Source of the DNA: Chiloscyllium plagiosum
Taxonomy: Eukaryota
Assembly: GCF_004010195.1 (NCBI RefSeq)
Contig: NC_057719.1
Span: 26,415,426-26,479,425 of the forward strand
Direction of reading: 5' to 3'
DNA: 64,000 nt
Positions within the stretch are counted from its first letter, which is position 1; every line of letters begins with the position of its first letter. The notes under the pieces are model-generated. The model was not told the DNA's origin and did no database searches. It saw nothing but the letters and a program-made list of their open reading frames with translations. Of this stretch, positions 24,930-36,660 are shown piece after piece. The translations under genes and the position numbers were made by a program.

Positions 24930-26180
24930 TAAACAGTTGTCTGTGACCAGGATTGATCTCATCTAGGCTGCAGAGGCACTTTGGGTGGAAGGGGAATGGT
25001 CCAAGTAGGTAAGAGATGGGTAGAAACAACAATGAAGTTCTCCTGAAGGAATATGAGAAGCTAGAGGCTAAATTGCAAAGTAGAACCACAAAGCTGGTAA
25101 TCTCTGGAGTGCTGTCTGAGCCATGAGCAAATTGGCACAGGATCAACAAGATTACAGATGTGTGTGGGAGAAATGGGTTTGAATTCATGGCAAGTTGGCA
25201 AGTACTGATGAAAGAGGGAGCTATTCCAGTGGAATGGGCTCCATGTGAACATGCTGGTGCTAGAGTACTTGCAGACTGCATAACCAGGGCTGTGGAAAAG
25301 GCTTTAAAGTAAATGTTGGGGGTGAGGTTTTTAGTTGCATGGAAAATTAATAGTAAATGTTAATGGAGTAGGGCTCAAAGTTTATTAAAGTTCCCAGAAC
25401 AAGTTATAGGGTAGAGAGAAGAGGTCAGGAATCTAACTTTGGGGACAGCGAAGGGAGCAGTCAACGCAGGACAGATGTAGCTGCAAGGGGTTCACAGTTA
25501 GGAACTGAATGAGACTGTAACCAGCATAGGTGGAGAGGTGGATTTGCCTTGATAAGAAATAAAATGAAATTGATAACGAAGTGACAGAGTTGGAAGTTGT
25601 GAAATCTGTGGGTGGAGTTGCGGAATCTCTAAGGACAAAAGACCATGATTGGAGTTGTGTAGCGATCTCCTAGCAGTAGTCAGGCTATTGAGGGGAGAGA
25701 GTAGGTGTGTAAGAAAGGCACTATTATAATCATGGGGGACTTCAATATGCAGGTGAACTGGAAAAGTCTGGTTCATAGCAGATCTCAATGAAAGGCATTC
25801 ATGGAACGTCTACAAGGTTTTTTTATTTTGGAGCAGCTTGTGATCAAGCCCACTAGGGAACAGGCCATTCAAGATTTATTGATGTGTGATGAGGCAGACT
25901 TGATTAGGATGTTGAAGGTGAAGGAGAACTTAGAGGGCAGTGACCATATGATGAACTTCACTCTACAGTTTGAAAGGGTAAAGTCTTAATCAGATACAAT
26001 TGAATAAAGATAATTTACAAAGATACAATGGTGGAGCTAGACAGAGTTGAAAGGTAGCTTAGCAGAGAAGATGGTGGAGCAGCAATTGCAGGGGTTTCTG
26101 GGGGTAATTTGAAGAAACCATGGCTGATCAAAAAACTTAGGAATAGCATAAACGCAAGGTGGGCAATGTGATGAAGGTTA
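24930..26180 (+). mobile_element. Degenerate CR1 5' region (ORF1 esterase-like part plus APE endonuclease)
   Basis: IMGDFN near 25730. ORF 25801-25989 reads LEQLVIKPTREQAIQDLL..GSDH (APE endonuclease motifs). Confidence 0.8.
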
Positions 26181-26974
26181 GTGCCAATTTTAAAAACCTG
26201 TAAAGGAGACTGAGGATGGGGTGTTTTATAAAGTTTCCAGTTGCCTGCCACTTTTTCATATGTCTATCTTTGTGTATGTGTTAAAGTGTCTCTGTCTCAC
26301 TGGAGTCCAACCCTACCTATCTGCTCCTACATATGCGCCGCCCCCCCCCCCCCCCCCATCTTAATTGTAAATACATTTTTTTCCTATCTGTTAGTCCTGA
26401 TGGAGACACCAGACTCAAGATGTTAACTCAGCTTTCTCCCCACATGTTACAAGACCTAAGCTTTGCCAGAAATTTATTTTTGTACAAAATAGTGTTTTGT
26501 CCATATGTGGAAGACAAATTGGTTTAACGTAGATGCATTTTAAACCGTGAAGCATTAACCTGTCTCCTCTTGCCCAGTGCAGCTGGATCTGTTGTGTATT
26601 TCCAATGCAGTCTGTTTCAGATTTCCAGTGTATCTGCAATTTTGATTTTTATATTTGCTGAGAAAAGAAATAACCTTGGGGCTTTATAGTTTATAACCAG
26701 GAAGAGTAGAACATTTGTAAGGAAATTGTATGAACACAGTAACTTAGCATGGTACACTTCAACTATTCCACTACAATTGAATGAGGCTAAGTTTTTAAGA
26801 ATGAAAAAGAAAAGAGCTTGAGCAAGTATGATCAGATCGCAAAAAAAAAAGTTGAGTGGGAGTTGGAAATAAATTAGTATTTCAGATAATTTGATTCTCT
26901 ACAGTGTGGAATCTAATTCTAAAGCTATGAACCTTGATTTGTCTCTATGTTTTTGATTCATAATGTAAACTATA

Positions 26975-27230
26975 GGGATGGCACGGTGACCCTAGTTAGA
27001 TTCCTGCCTCTGGCAACTGTCTGTGTGGAATTTGCATGATCTCCCAGTGTGGGTTTCCTCCCACAATCTAAAGATGTGCAGGTCAGGTGAATTAGCCATG
27101 CTAAATCACTTCTAGCATTAGGTACATCACTTAGAGGGAAATGGGTCTGGATAGGTTACTCTTCGGAGGGTCAGTGTGGACCTCTTGGGCCGAGGGGCCT
27201 GTTTCCACACTGTAGGGAATCTAATTTAAT
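26975..27230 (+). mobile_element. V-SINE (HE1-like) with internal deletions
   Basis: Partial head, V-domain remnant and full tail; possible CTATA TSD. Confidence 0.8.
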
Positions 27231-27577
27231 CTATACTTCCTGTATTTTGTTGGGGAATAACAACATGGAAGAGGAAGCAACCTTGGTGCCAGTTAATATC
27301 AAATGTATTTTGCCAGAATCAAATTAATAAGATTGGTAGATGGTGTTCTTTAGTGATCTCTTGCAGAACAGTTCCACAACATGAGAAATAAAACAGAAAT
27401 AAACCATTCTAGTATTTAAGCCTGCTCAACCATTCAACAAGATCTGTTAGTGTTTTGAATTCCACTTTGTGATCTATCTTGGTAACCGTTTTGATTCTTT
27501 GCCTAACAAGAGTCTACCCTGCTTTAAAAGTATTTAATTATTCCACCTCCTGAGGCAGAGTTTCCAAGATGCATAAC

Positions 27578-28300
27578 TGTCATAGAGATGTACAGTACAG
27601 AAATCGACCCTTCAGTCCAGCTGGTCTGTTCTGACCAAATGTCCTTGATAAATGAAGTCCCTTTTGCCAGCATTTGGCCTGTATCCACCTAAATTCTTCC
27701 TATTTGTATACCCATCCCTTGCCTTTTGAATTTGAAATTGTACCTGCCTCCACCACTTCATCTGGTAGTTCATTCCATACACATACCGTCTGCATGAAAA
27801 ATTGCCCCTTCGGTTCTTTTTAAATCTCTTTCCCCTCTCACCTTAAACCTATGCCCTCTAAGTTAGGACTACTTCACTGATTGGAAAATACCTTGTCTAT
27901 TTACTCTATCCATGCCCCTCATTTTATAAACCTCAATCACCCCTCAACCTCCAACACTCCTGGAAAAATAGCCCTAGCTGATTTTAGCCTCTCTTTATAA
28001 CTCCCTTTTAACAACCCTGGCTACATTCTTGTAAATCTTTTCTGAATCCTTTCAAGTTTCACAACCGACTTCCTATAGCAGGGATACCAGAGTTGCATGC
28101 AATATTCCAAAAATCGCCTAACCAGTGTCCTGTACAGCCTCCACATGACCTCCAGCTCCTATCCTCAGTACACTGACCAATAAAAGCAAGTGTACCAAAT
28201 ACTGCCTTCACTATGCTATCCACCTGGGACTCAACTCTCAAGAAACTATGAACCTGCACTTTTTGTTTTGTTCAGTAATACTCCCCAGAACCTTACCATT
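27578..28300 (-). mobile_element. CR1 LINE 3' fragment
   Basis: ORF 28059-28259 QVHSFLRVESQVD..FGTLAFIGQ plus the CR1 tail. Confidence 0.88.
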
Positions 28301-28409
28301 TAAGTTTGAGATTTTGGAGACTATTTGTAGCTCAGATTGTATATTAGATTCTAAGTTTGCTCGCTAAGTTGGTGGATTTGTTCTCTGGCGTTTCATCACC
28401 ATGCTAGGC

Positions 28410-28740
28410 ACACTTGAATTCAACTGGGACAACACTACTATTATAGGACAAGCCAAACAGAACAGCCAGGGAATTCCTAGAGGCATGGCACTCATCCACA
28501 GATTCGATCAATAAGCACATCGACCTGGACCCAATATACCGGCCACTGCAACGGACAGCTGGAACTGACAACCGGAAGCAACAGATTCAAACCACTACAA
28601 ATGCCGGAGGAAAGCTCACAGAAGCGCTTCACAGGAGGCTTCCAAGCACTGAGGATGTCACCTGGACAGGGGACGAAACGTCTGCAACACAAATTCGAAG
28701 CTCGGCGAACAGAACCACAACAACAAGCACCCGAGCTTAA
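28410..28740 (+). mobile_element. Penelope-like element 3' end / pLTR (young, CpG-rich)
   Basis: Encodes EFNWDNTTIIGQAKQ..AREFLEAWHSSTDSINKHIDLDPIY (GIY-YIG C-terminal region, homologous to 20350-20510), followed by a hammerhead. Confidence 0.88.
28646..28685 (+). ncRNA. Minimal type-I hammerhead ribozyme motif (GUC site)
   Basis: GCA-CUGAGGA-U-GUCaCCU-ggac-AGGgGAC-GAAA-CG-UC-UGC. Intact core, helix I GCA/UGC, helix II of 6 bp with one mismatch, palindromic ACGU. Confidence 0.75.
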
Positions 28741-29749
28741 TTAAATTTTTGAAATCCACTAGCTGTTATGTTAGGGATTTGAGCTTCCATTCCCAAAGCA
28801 ATAATCTAGATCTCTAGATCACTACTCCAATGACATTGCTACTATGGAGACTAAAGGCTCTAACTTTACCCTGTTTTTGTTTTAAACCAGGATGAGATTT
28901 TTTTTTTGTAGCAGCATCTGTTTGCATCTTCAAAGCAGCATAATGCATAGTGCACAAATCTGTACTATTCAATTTGCTATGACTCAGGAGGTTCACTGAT
29001 AAACTAAAATTTAGTGAAGCTGCTTCAGCAAAATATTTGGCAGAAAATTTGGAACAAGAAACCAGTGATAGAAGTTACTCTAGTCCCTAATTAAGCCAGA
29101 GCCAATTCTAAAATGATTTTAGCTTTACATAAAAAAACAAGTGTCTGACTAAGATTGATTTTTCCTAATTTGCTAAATAATGCATTTCTTTGAACAATAA
29201 TGAACCTCTTGTGTCATTGTAAAGTAGTCTCTGCATTATAAATGACCTCCTTTTATGATTTCTGCAGCACTGGCCTATCATGAGAAATGTTGAATCTCTT
29301 CAGTTTCCTATCTCAAGTAAGTAAATTTGAGTAACTTAATTTCAGTCAGTCTTTGCATTTTTTTGATTCATGATTCCCTGTTTAGTGGGTGTGATTTAGA
29401 TCGTTTTGAGTTATTTTCTTCCTATTGTTTTTGTATGAGAGAATTCCGGGTGACCAGATGAAGGACAGAAAAAAATTGTTCCTGTAAGAGCTGCTCCTTT
29501 TTTGAGAATTTCAATGTTAACTTACTCCTTGCAGCCTTTTAAGAGTAATTACTTCTTAAATTGTAGCATTGTTTTGGAACTTTTGAGGTGGTGGGGGGGA
29601 AAGGAAGAGATTTAAATAACACCACCTCCTTTTTTTTTAAAAAAAAAGACAAGCAGGGACCTCATGGCAAGTGAAACAAATGGAGGAGTAAACCTGCACA
29701 GCTGACTGCCCCTGCTGTATAGTTTCAAGTATCTCTGGACATTTAGTGT

Positions 29750-29945
29750 TCGTTATGGAATGAGCTGCCAGAGGAAGTGGTGGAGGTTGGTATAGTTATA
29801 TTTAAAAGGCATGGGATGGTTACATGATCAGGAAGGGTTTAAAGGGATATGGGCCAAATGCTGGCAAACAGGACTAGATTAATGTAGGATATTGTCAGCA
29901 TGGATGAGTTTGACCAAATCCTCTGTTTCCATGCTGTACATCTCT
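29750..29945 (+). mobile_element. CR1 LINE 3' tail
   Basis: ATGGAATGAGCTGCCAGAGGAAGTGGTGGAGG...CTGTACATCTCT. Confidence 0.85.
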
Positions 29946-30489
29946 TAGAATGATCACCATTATAAAGTCAATGTCTCTAGCTTTTTTTTAAAATCTTTGT
30001 CTATCTTGCAGCCTCTGAAATTTCACCCCTTGATTTTTCCAAAACTTCAACTGCACCATCCTACATTGCTGACTGTTCTTCATCCCCACTCAAAGTCACA
30101 ACTTACTGCAGGATCTCTTTAGATAATTTATTGTTTCTCTCTTCCTTTTCAAGGTTTCCCTTCCTGTCACAATATCTAGGAATTTAAAAATGAAGTTTGC
30201 CATTTCCTGAACACTTTGATTTACCTTAACTTACTACTTGCAGCCTTTTAAGAGTGATTAGATTCCTGCATGGGGAGACTCACTCAATAAGTTATGGCAA
30301 GTGCACTTGTATAATTTTACTGGGTGTGTTCTAGTAAATATCACTTTTTTTGGGGGGGGATAAGACAAAAATAATTTGCCATTCTTTAATATAAGTGTAA
30401 ATACTTGCATAAATATTGTTTTTAAAGTATTAATTTACTTTAATATGATCTCTTGGGTGCAGGTTGACTTCAATTCCCAGTTACAAAAG

Positions 30490-30935
30490 TATCATTCACT
30501 TGGGAACTCTACATCCTTCTGGACTCATTTTGTTCAACAAGTTTTGGGCTTCAGGCGCCTTCCATGTCCCCACACACCGGGCCTTGTTATCGCATGGTCT
30601 GTTCTTTGAGAACTGCCCTTTGTTAGTCGCCAATTGTCCACTAATAGCTGTTAATTCTCCCAAGTTGATCACTGTCCATTCCTTTGTCCAATTGCTCACT
30701 CTTTGGGCTCTATCTCCACCTATCATTTACTCCTTTACCATCCTCGCATCCCCTTCTGTATTTAAAGAAAAAAAGAACCCCCTTTTTTTTTTCCCTTGCG
30801 ACCATGAGTTCTGAGGAAGTGTCCCTGAACCCGAAGCGTTAACTCTGATTTCTGTCGACAGATGTTGCCAGACCTGCTGATCCTTTCCACCAATTTCAGT
30901 TTTTGATTTCCAGTATCCACTGTTTTTGTCAATCT
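30490..30935 (+). mobile_element. Penelope-like 3' end with a decayed hammerhead (30806-30845)
   Basis: IIHLGTLHPSGL C-terminal motif, then GAGTT-CTGAGGA...GAAG-CG-TT-AACTC (5-bp helix I retained, core mutated). Confidence 0.75.
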
Positions 30936-31114
30936 GGCATTCACTTTTCTAATGTTCCAGCTACAGTATGCTCAGTTTCTGTACCCAAAGCTGTCAGAAT
31001 TAGCTATATTCATTCCCACTGGGAGGTAACTGAGAATTCTGTTTCTGCCAGGGAAAACAAATGGAATTATATCCTGAGGTTTGTTGCAGATCTGCAATTA
31101 TGTAACCAGCTAAT

Positions 31115-32190
31115 AGTCATAGTTGTGGAGATGTACAGCATTGAAACAAACGCTTTGGTCCAACTCATCTGTCAACCAGATATCCCAACCCAATCTAGTC
31201 TCACCTGCCAGCACCTGGCCCGTATCCCTTAAAACCCTTCCTATTCATATACCATCCCGATGCCTTTTAAATGTTGCAACTGTACCAGCCTCCACCACAT
31301 CCTCTGGCAGCCCATTCCAAACCCGTACCACCTTCTGTGTGGAAAAAGTTGCGCCTTAGGTCCCTTTTTATATCTTTTCCCCCCTCAACCTAAACCTATG
31401 CCTTCTAGTTCTGGATTCCCTGACCTGAAGGAAATGACTTTGCCTATTTTACACTTCAACTCCCCCTCCCACTCCACCAAGGATATGCAGGTCTTTGGAC
31501 TCCTCCATCGCCAGACCACAACAAAACGACGGCTGGAGGAAGAACGCCTCATCTTCCGCCTAGGAACCCTCCAACCCCAAGGGATGAACTGATTTCACCA
31601 GTTTCCTCATTCCCCCTCCCCCCACCTTGTCTCAGTCAAATCCATCGAATTCAGCACCGTCTTCCTAACCTGCAATCTTCTTCCTAACCTCTCCGCCCCC
31701 ATCCCAGTCTGACCTATCACCCTCACCTTGACCTCTTTCCACCTATAGCATTTCCAACGCCCCTCCCCCAAGTCCCTCCTCCCTACCTTTTATCTTGGCC
31801 TGCTGGACAAACTTTCCTCATTCCTGAAGAAGGGCTTATGCCCGAAACGTTGATTCTCCTGTTCCTTGGATGCTGTCTGACCTGCAGTGCTTTTCCAGCA
31901 ACACATTTTCAGCTCTGATCTCCAGCATCTGCAGACCTCACTTTCTCCTACCCTATCCATGCCCCTCATGAATTTATAAGCCTCCGATGCTCCAGGGAAA
32001 ACAGCCCCAGCATACTTAACCTCTCCCAATAGATCAAATCCTCCAACCCTGGCAACTTCCTTGCCAATCTTTTCTGAACCCTTTCAAGTTTCACAACATC
32101 CTTTCGATAGGAAGGAGACCAGAATTGCATGCAATGTCCTGTACAACCGTGACCTGTCCTCCCAACTCCTGTACTCAATACTCTGACCAA
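31115..32190 (-). mobile_element. CR1 LINE 3' fragment interrupted by a Penelope insertion
   Basis: CR1 sequence breaks after tgcctatttt at 31450 and resumes at ccctatccatgcccctc at 31951. Confidence 0.85.
31451..31948 (+). mobile_element. Penelope-like 3' end (GIY-YIG C-terminus plus pLTR with hammerhead core 31824-31851)
   Basis: HFNSPSHSTKDMQV..RRLEEERLIFRLGTLQPQGMN; CTGAAGA A GGGC ttat GCCC GAAA CG TT. Confidence 0.88.
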
Positions 32191-33699
32191 TATGTTGGCT
32201 GAAGCTGAGCAAATGAATAAAAATTTGCTTCTTAAGGTGTACAAAGTAACATTACAGATTTCAGTGACTTAGTCCATGAAAGCACAGCTATTTCCAGTGT
32301 CTAAAACTTCCAAGGTTGAATAGCAGTCATCTCATCAATTGCCTGTGCCAAAATGGGACACCAATTGGGCTACTTGAGCATTATTTAGTAGTTTCTAGCA
32401 GTTAGTGTGTAGTCTTTGAGCATAGTGTTCATATTCTGAGCCAATAATTCTCGTTTCAAGTCCCAACTGTCACATGTCTGAAGAGGTTGATGGAAAAGGT
32501 AAACCTTTTGTAGTTTTTGGTTTTGAGGGATAATTTGACTTCGGTTAGCTACAAATTGATGCCTACAAAGGCTTTATCATCCCTGTTGCTAATAACTTCC
32601 CTGACCCATTCCTGGCACAAGTGTCACTTTTCTTCCTTTCTTCCCCTTTTTCTTTCAAGTCCTTATTATCCAGTGATAATAAGATTTGAAATTATTATAG
32701 TGAGCAGTTTCCTCTATACTTTAGATCAGTGCTTCCCAAACACTTTCACTCAGTGATCCATTGAGGCTTGAAAATGATTGCAACTCCTCAGTGAGAATGA
32801 GGACCTGTTAATGCGGGAGAACAGCTGTCCAAATTCCCCAGCAGCCATTACTATTGCTCATAGCCCCACATGTGGTTCTGGATTCTACTTTGTGAACCAC
32901 CTGCAATAGAATTACTATTATTCAATCGTGAAGAAATCAAAATTAGGTCATATAACCAAAACAGAAATTGCAAGAGAATCTCAGTAGGTCTAGTAGCATC
33001 TGTGGAGAGAGTGTTAACATTTTAAGTCATGACTTTTTCTTCAGAACCCTTGAGCTTGTTCAGCTATCTAATACCATAGCTGTTCATCATCCTGAGCTCT
33101 CAAAATCTCTTGATTCAGTTTAAGCAATCGGTTAATTTTAACCTCAAATATACTTGGCAGTTGATCATCACTGGGGTCAAGATTCCAAAGATTCATAACC
33201 CTCAAAAAAAAAAATCTTAACATCAGTCCAAAATGTTGATCCATTGTCCTCTGGTGAACTTACTGTGATAAAACTCTGAAGTTTATATTATATCTGTTCA
33301 TAGATTGTATGAAACCAGTTTATTCCAGAGTTGTTGCTAAGGGACCATGACAAACTATTATACAGGAACTGAAAGCAGTTAGCCACATCTGGTATAACAA
33401 GCCAAAGCTATATAGACAGAACTGTTAACAACTGCTGATAAATGGCTGTTTTCTGCCACTGATAAATGACTGAATGCCCTGCAGAAGAATTTAAGGCGTT
33501 AATTGCAGAAAGCTGTCTTCAGACAGGCAATTATTGATTTTTATTGCTGTCATAAGTGCCAAGGTACAGTGAAGTGTTTTGAGTGCACAACAGGCAGATT
33601 TGTAGCATAGAGTATACCAGGTTTACAGCAGAGTGCAGAATACAGCATTACAACTGCAGAGGGAGAGATCAGATCGAATCTCGAATGGCAACAAAACCA

Positions 33700-34320
33700 A
33701 CTACAGATGGGAAGTGGAAGACCTGGAAAAATGCTGCACTGAGAGCAACCTAGCTCTCCATGCCAGCAAAACCAAGAAACTCTATTGTTTTTCAGCATGA
33801 TGTTACTTATGTCCCCCTACACGTTTAACAGCACAGAGGTGGAACGAGTGGGGAGTGTCAAGCTCCTGGGAGTGGTCATCCACACGCTTTTTTGGACTCT
33901 TCATGTGGATACACTGGTTACAAAGGCCCAGCAACGTCTCCTCTTCCTCAAACAGCTGAGGAAATTTGCATGACCGCGAATATCCTTGCCAACCTTTATA
34001 GGTGCGCCATCGAGAGCATTCTGTCTGATGTATCACTACCTGGTATGGCAACTGTGCCATTCAAGATCGGAGACTGTTGCAGAGAGTGGTGAACTCGGCC
34101 CAGATAATCTCAAAGGCCAACCTGCCATCTACAGAATCCATCCACCAAGCCTGCTGTCAAGGAAAGGCTGCCAGCATTCTCAAAGATCCATCCCACACTG
34201 GCAATGTTTTTCTTACAACTTCTATCACTGGGGAGAAGGTACAGAAGCCTGAACACATGCACCAGCTGATTTTGCAACAGTTTCTACCCTACTGTTGTTA
34301 GAATAGTAAATGGACTCCCT
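33700..34320 (+). mobile_element. Rex1/Babar-clade LINE 3' ORF fragment
   Basis: EVERVGSVKLLGV..W..H...LVTKAQQRLLFLKQLRKF and LYRCAIESIL..WYGNC..LQRVVNSAQ.I...LPS..ILKDPSH, typical of Rex1-like ORF C-termini. Confidence 0.75.
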
Positions 34321-34429
34321 CCTTGTGGGGTGGTGCAGACTTGTGATGGTGCATTCCCCAAGATTATCTGACCAGTATGGTGTACCATGGAACAGCAATT
34401 TTATAAGATATGGTGGCTTTTTCTATATT

Positions 34430-35550
34430 ATGGATTTCGGTCAGGCATTCGGCAAGGTTTGTTCTCATGGAATACAGGGAGAACTAGCCATTTGGATACA
34501 GAACTGCCTCAAAGGAAGAAGATCGGGTGGTGGTGGAGGGTTGTTCTTCAAGCTAGAGGCCTGTGATCAGTGGAGTGCCACAAGGATCGGTGCTGGGTCT
34601 ACTACATTTTTTCATTTTATATAATTATGGAAGTGAGCGTAAAACGTGTATAGTTAGTAAGTTTGCAGATGCCCCTAAAATTGGAGGTGTATTGGGCAGC
34701 GAAGGTTACCTCCGAGTACAATGGAATCTTGTTCAGATGGGCCATGGGCTGAGAAGTGGCAGATGGGAGTTTTAAGTCAGATAAATGTGACGAGCTGCAT
34801 TTTGGGGAAGCAAATCTTAGCAGGATGTATACATTAATAGAACGTCGAACATAGAAAAGTATAGCACCGAACAGGCCCTTCCACACTTAGTCAACCCCTC
34901 TTCATAAGACAAAACCTCCAGTCCAGGCAGCATCCTGGTGAACCTTCTTTGCACCCTTTCCAAGGCCTCTCTCTTTCCTATAGTAGGGCAACTAGATCAG
35001 GACACAATATTCCAAGTGTGGTCTCAGACTTGTAGAGCTGCAGCAAAACCTCGCGGATCTTAAACTCGATCCTCCTGTTAATGAAAGCCAAAACACCATA
35101 TGCCTTCTTCACCCTATCCACTTGGGTGGCAACTTTGAGGGATCTGGGTACTTGAACACCAAGTTCCCTCTGTTCCTCCTTTAATGGTACACTCCTGGGG
35201 AGTGTTGCTGACCATAGAAACCTTGGAATGCAGATTCACAGCTCCTTGAAAATGGAGTCACAATTAGATAGTGAAGGTGTTTCATATGCTTTCCTTTATT
35301 GGTCAGAGTACGGAGTACAGGATTTGGGAGGTCATGCTGTGGCTGTACAGGACATTGGTTAGGCTACTGTTGGAATATTGCGTGCAGTTCTGGTCTCCTT
35401 CCTATTGGAAAGATGTTGTGAAACTTGAAAGGGTTCAGAAACTATTTACAAGAATGTTGCCAAGATTGGAGGAATTGAGCTATAGGGAGACTTTGAATAG
35501 GCTGGGGCTGTTTTTTCCTGGAGTGTTGGAGGCTGAGGGGTGACCTTTAT
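34430..35550 (+). mobile_element. CR1 LINE RT fragment with a nested opposite-strand CR1 piece (~34839-35180)
   Basis: ISGVPQGSVLG, SKFADAPK, LEYCVQFWSP. The nested piece is flanked by TTAAT at 34834-34838 and 35181-35185. Confidence 0.85.
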
Positions 35551-36660
35551 AGAGCAGGCTCAAGGGGTGGTACGGATTCACCCTGGGGGTCCCAATTTTT
35601 TAAAAAAATAATAAGTCATTGAAAAATTTTTACTCTTCAAAAGAAAAATATAGAAATATCCTATTTTAATACAAGAGTTAATAAACGACCTACTATCTTA
35701 AAGATGCAATATTCTCATTTACCTAACCTGAGTTTATTTCAATTTGGATTAAGTGAAATATATTAAATTACAATCCAATAAAATTATGCTACATTACATT
35801 ACTCCACTGACCACACCTCCACCAAAGCTCCCATCCATAGCAGCAACAGCTATTATACCCCTATTCATGAGACCACCTCCCACCAGGATCCCCTCGTGGC
35901 TAGATAAAGGGCCTAATCAGTACCACCGATAGAGTCAGATGTACACCACAGAAACAGATGCTTCGGTCCAACTCATCCATGCTGACCAGACATCCCAACC
36001 CAATTAGTCCTATCTGCCAGCACATGGCCCAAATCCCTCCAAACTCTTCCTATTCATATACCTATCCAGATGCTTTTTAAAATGTTGCAGTCATACTAGC
36101 TTCCACCACTTCCTCTAGCAGCTCATTCCATACACTTACCACCCTCTGTGGGGGGTAAAAGTTGCCCCTTAGGTCTCATATCTTTCCCCCCTCACCCTAA
36201 ACCTTTGCCCTCTCGTTCTGGACTCCCCAATCCCAGGGAAAAGACCTGGTGTCCATTTATCCCATCCATGCCCCTCAAATCTTGTAATTATGATTAGGCC
36301 CTTTATCTAGCCACGAGGGGATCCTGGTGGGAGGTGGTCTCATGAATAGGGGTATAATAGCTGTTGCTGCTATGGATGGGAGCTTTGGTGGAGGTGTGGT
36401 CAGTGGAGTAATGTAATGTAGCATAATTTTATTGGATTGTAATTTAATATATTTCACTTAATCCAAATTGAAATAAACTCAGGTTAGGTAAATGAGAATA
36501 TTGCATCTTTAAGATAGTAGGTCGTTTATTAACTCTTGTATTAAAATAGGATATTTCTATATTTTTCTTTTGAAGAGTAAAAATTTTTCAATGACTTATT
36601 ATTTTTTTTAAAAATTGGGACCCCCCAGGGTGAATCCGTACCACCCCTTGAGCCTGCTCT
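35551..36660. repeat. Near-perfect 370-bp inverted repeat (35551-35919 / 36291-36660) around an inverted CR1 tail
   Basis: Arms compared by eye differ only in two homopolymer positions. Confidence 0.95.

Noticed and set aside
35551..36660. DNA transposon or MITE with long terminal inverted repeats
   Set aside because: No TSD; the right arm is continuous with the flanking repeat; the spacer is the inverted continuation of the adjacent CR1.
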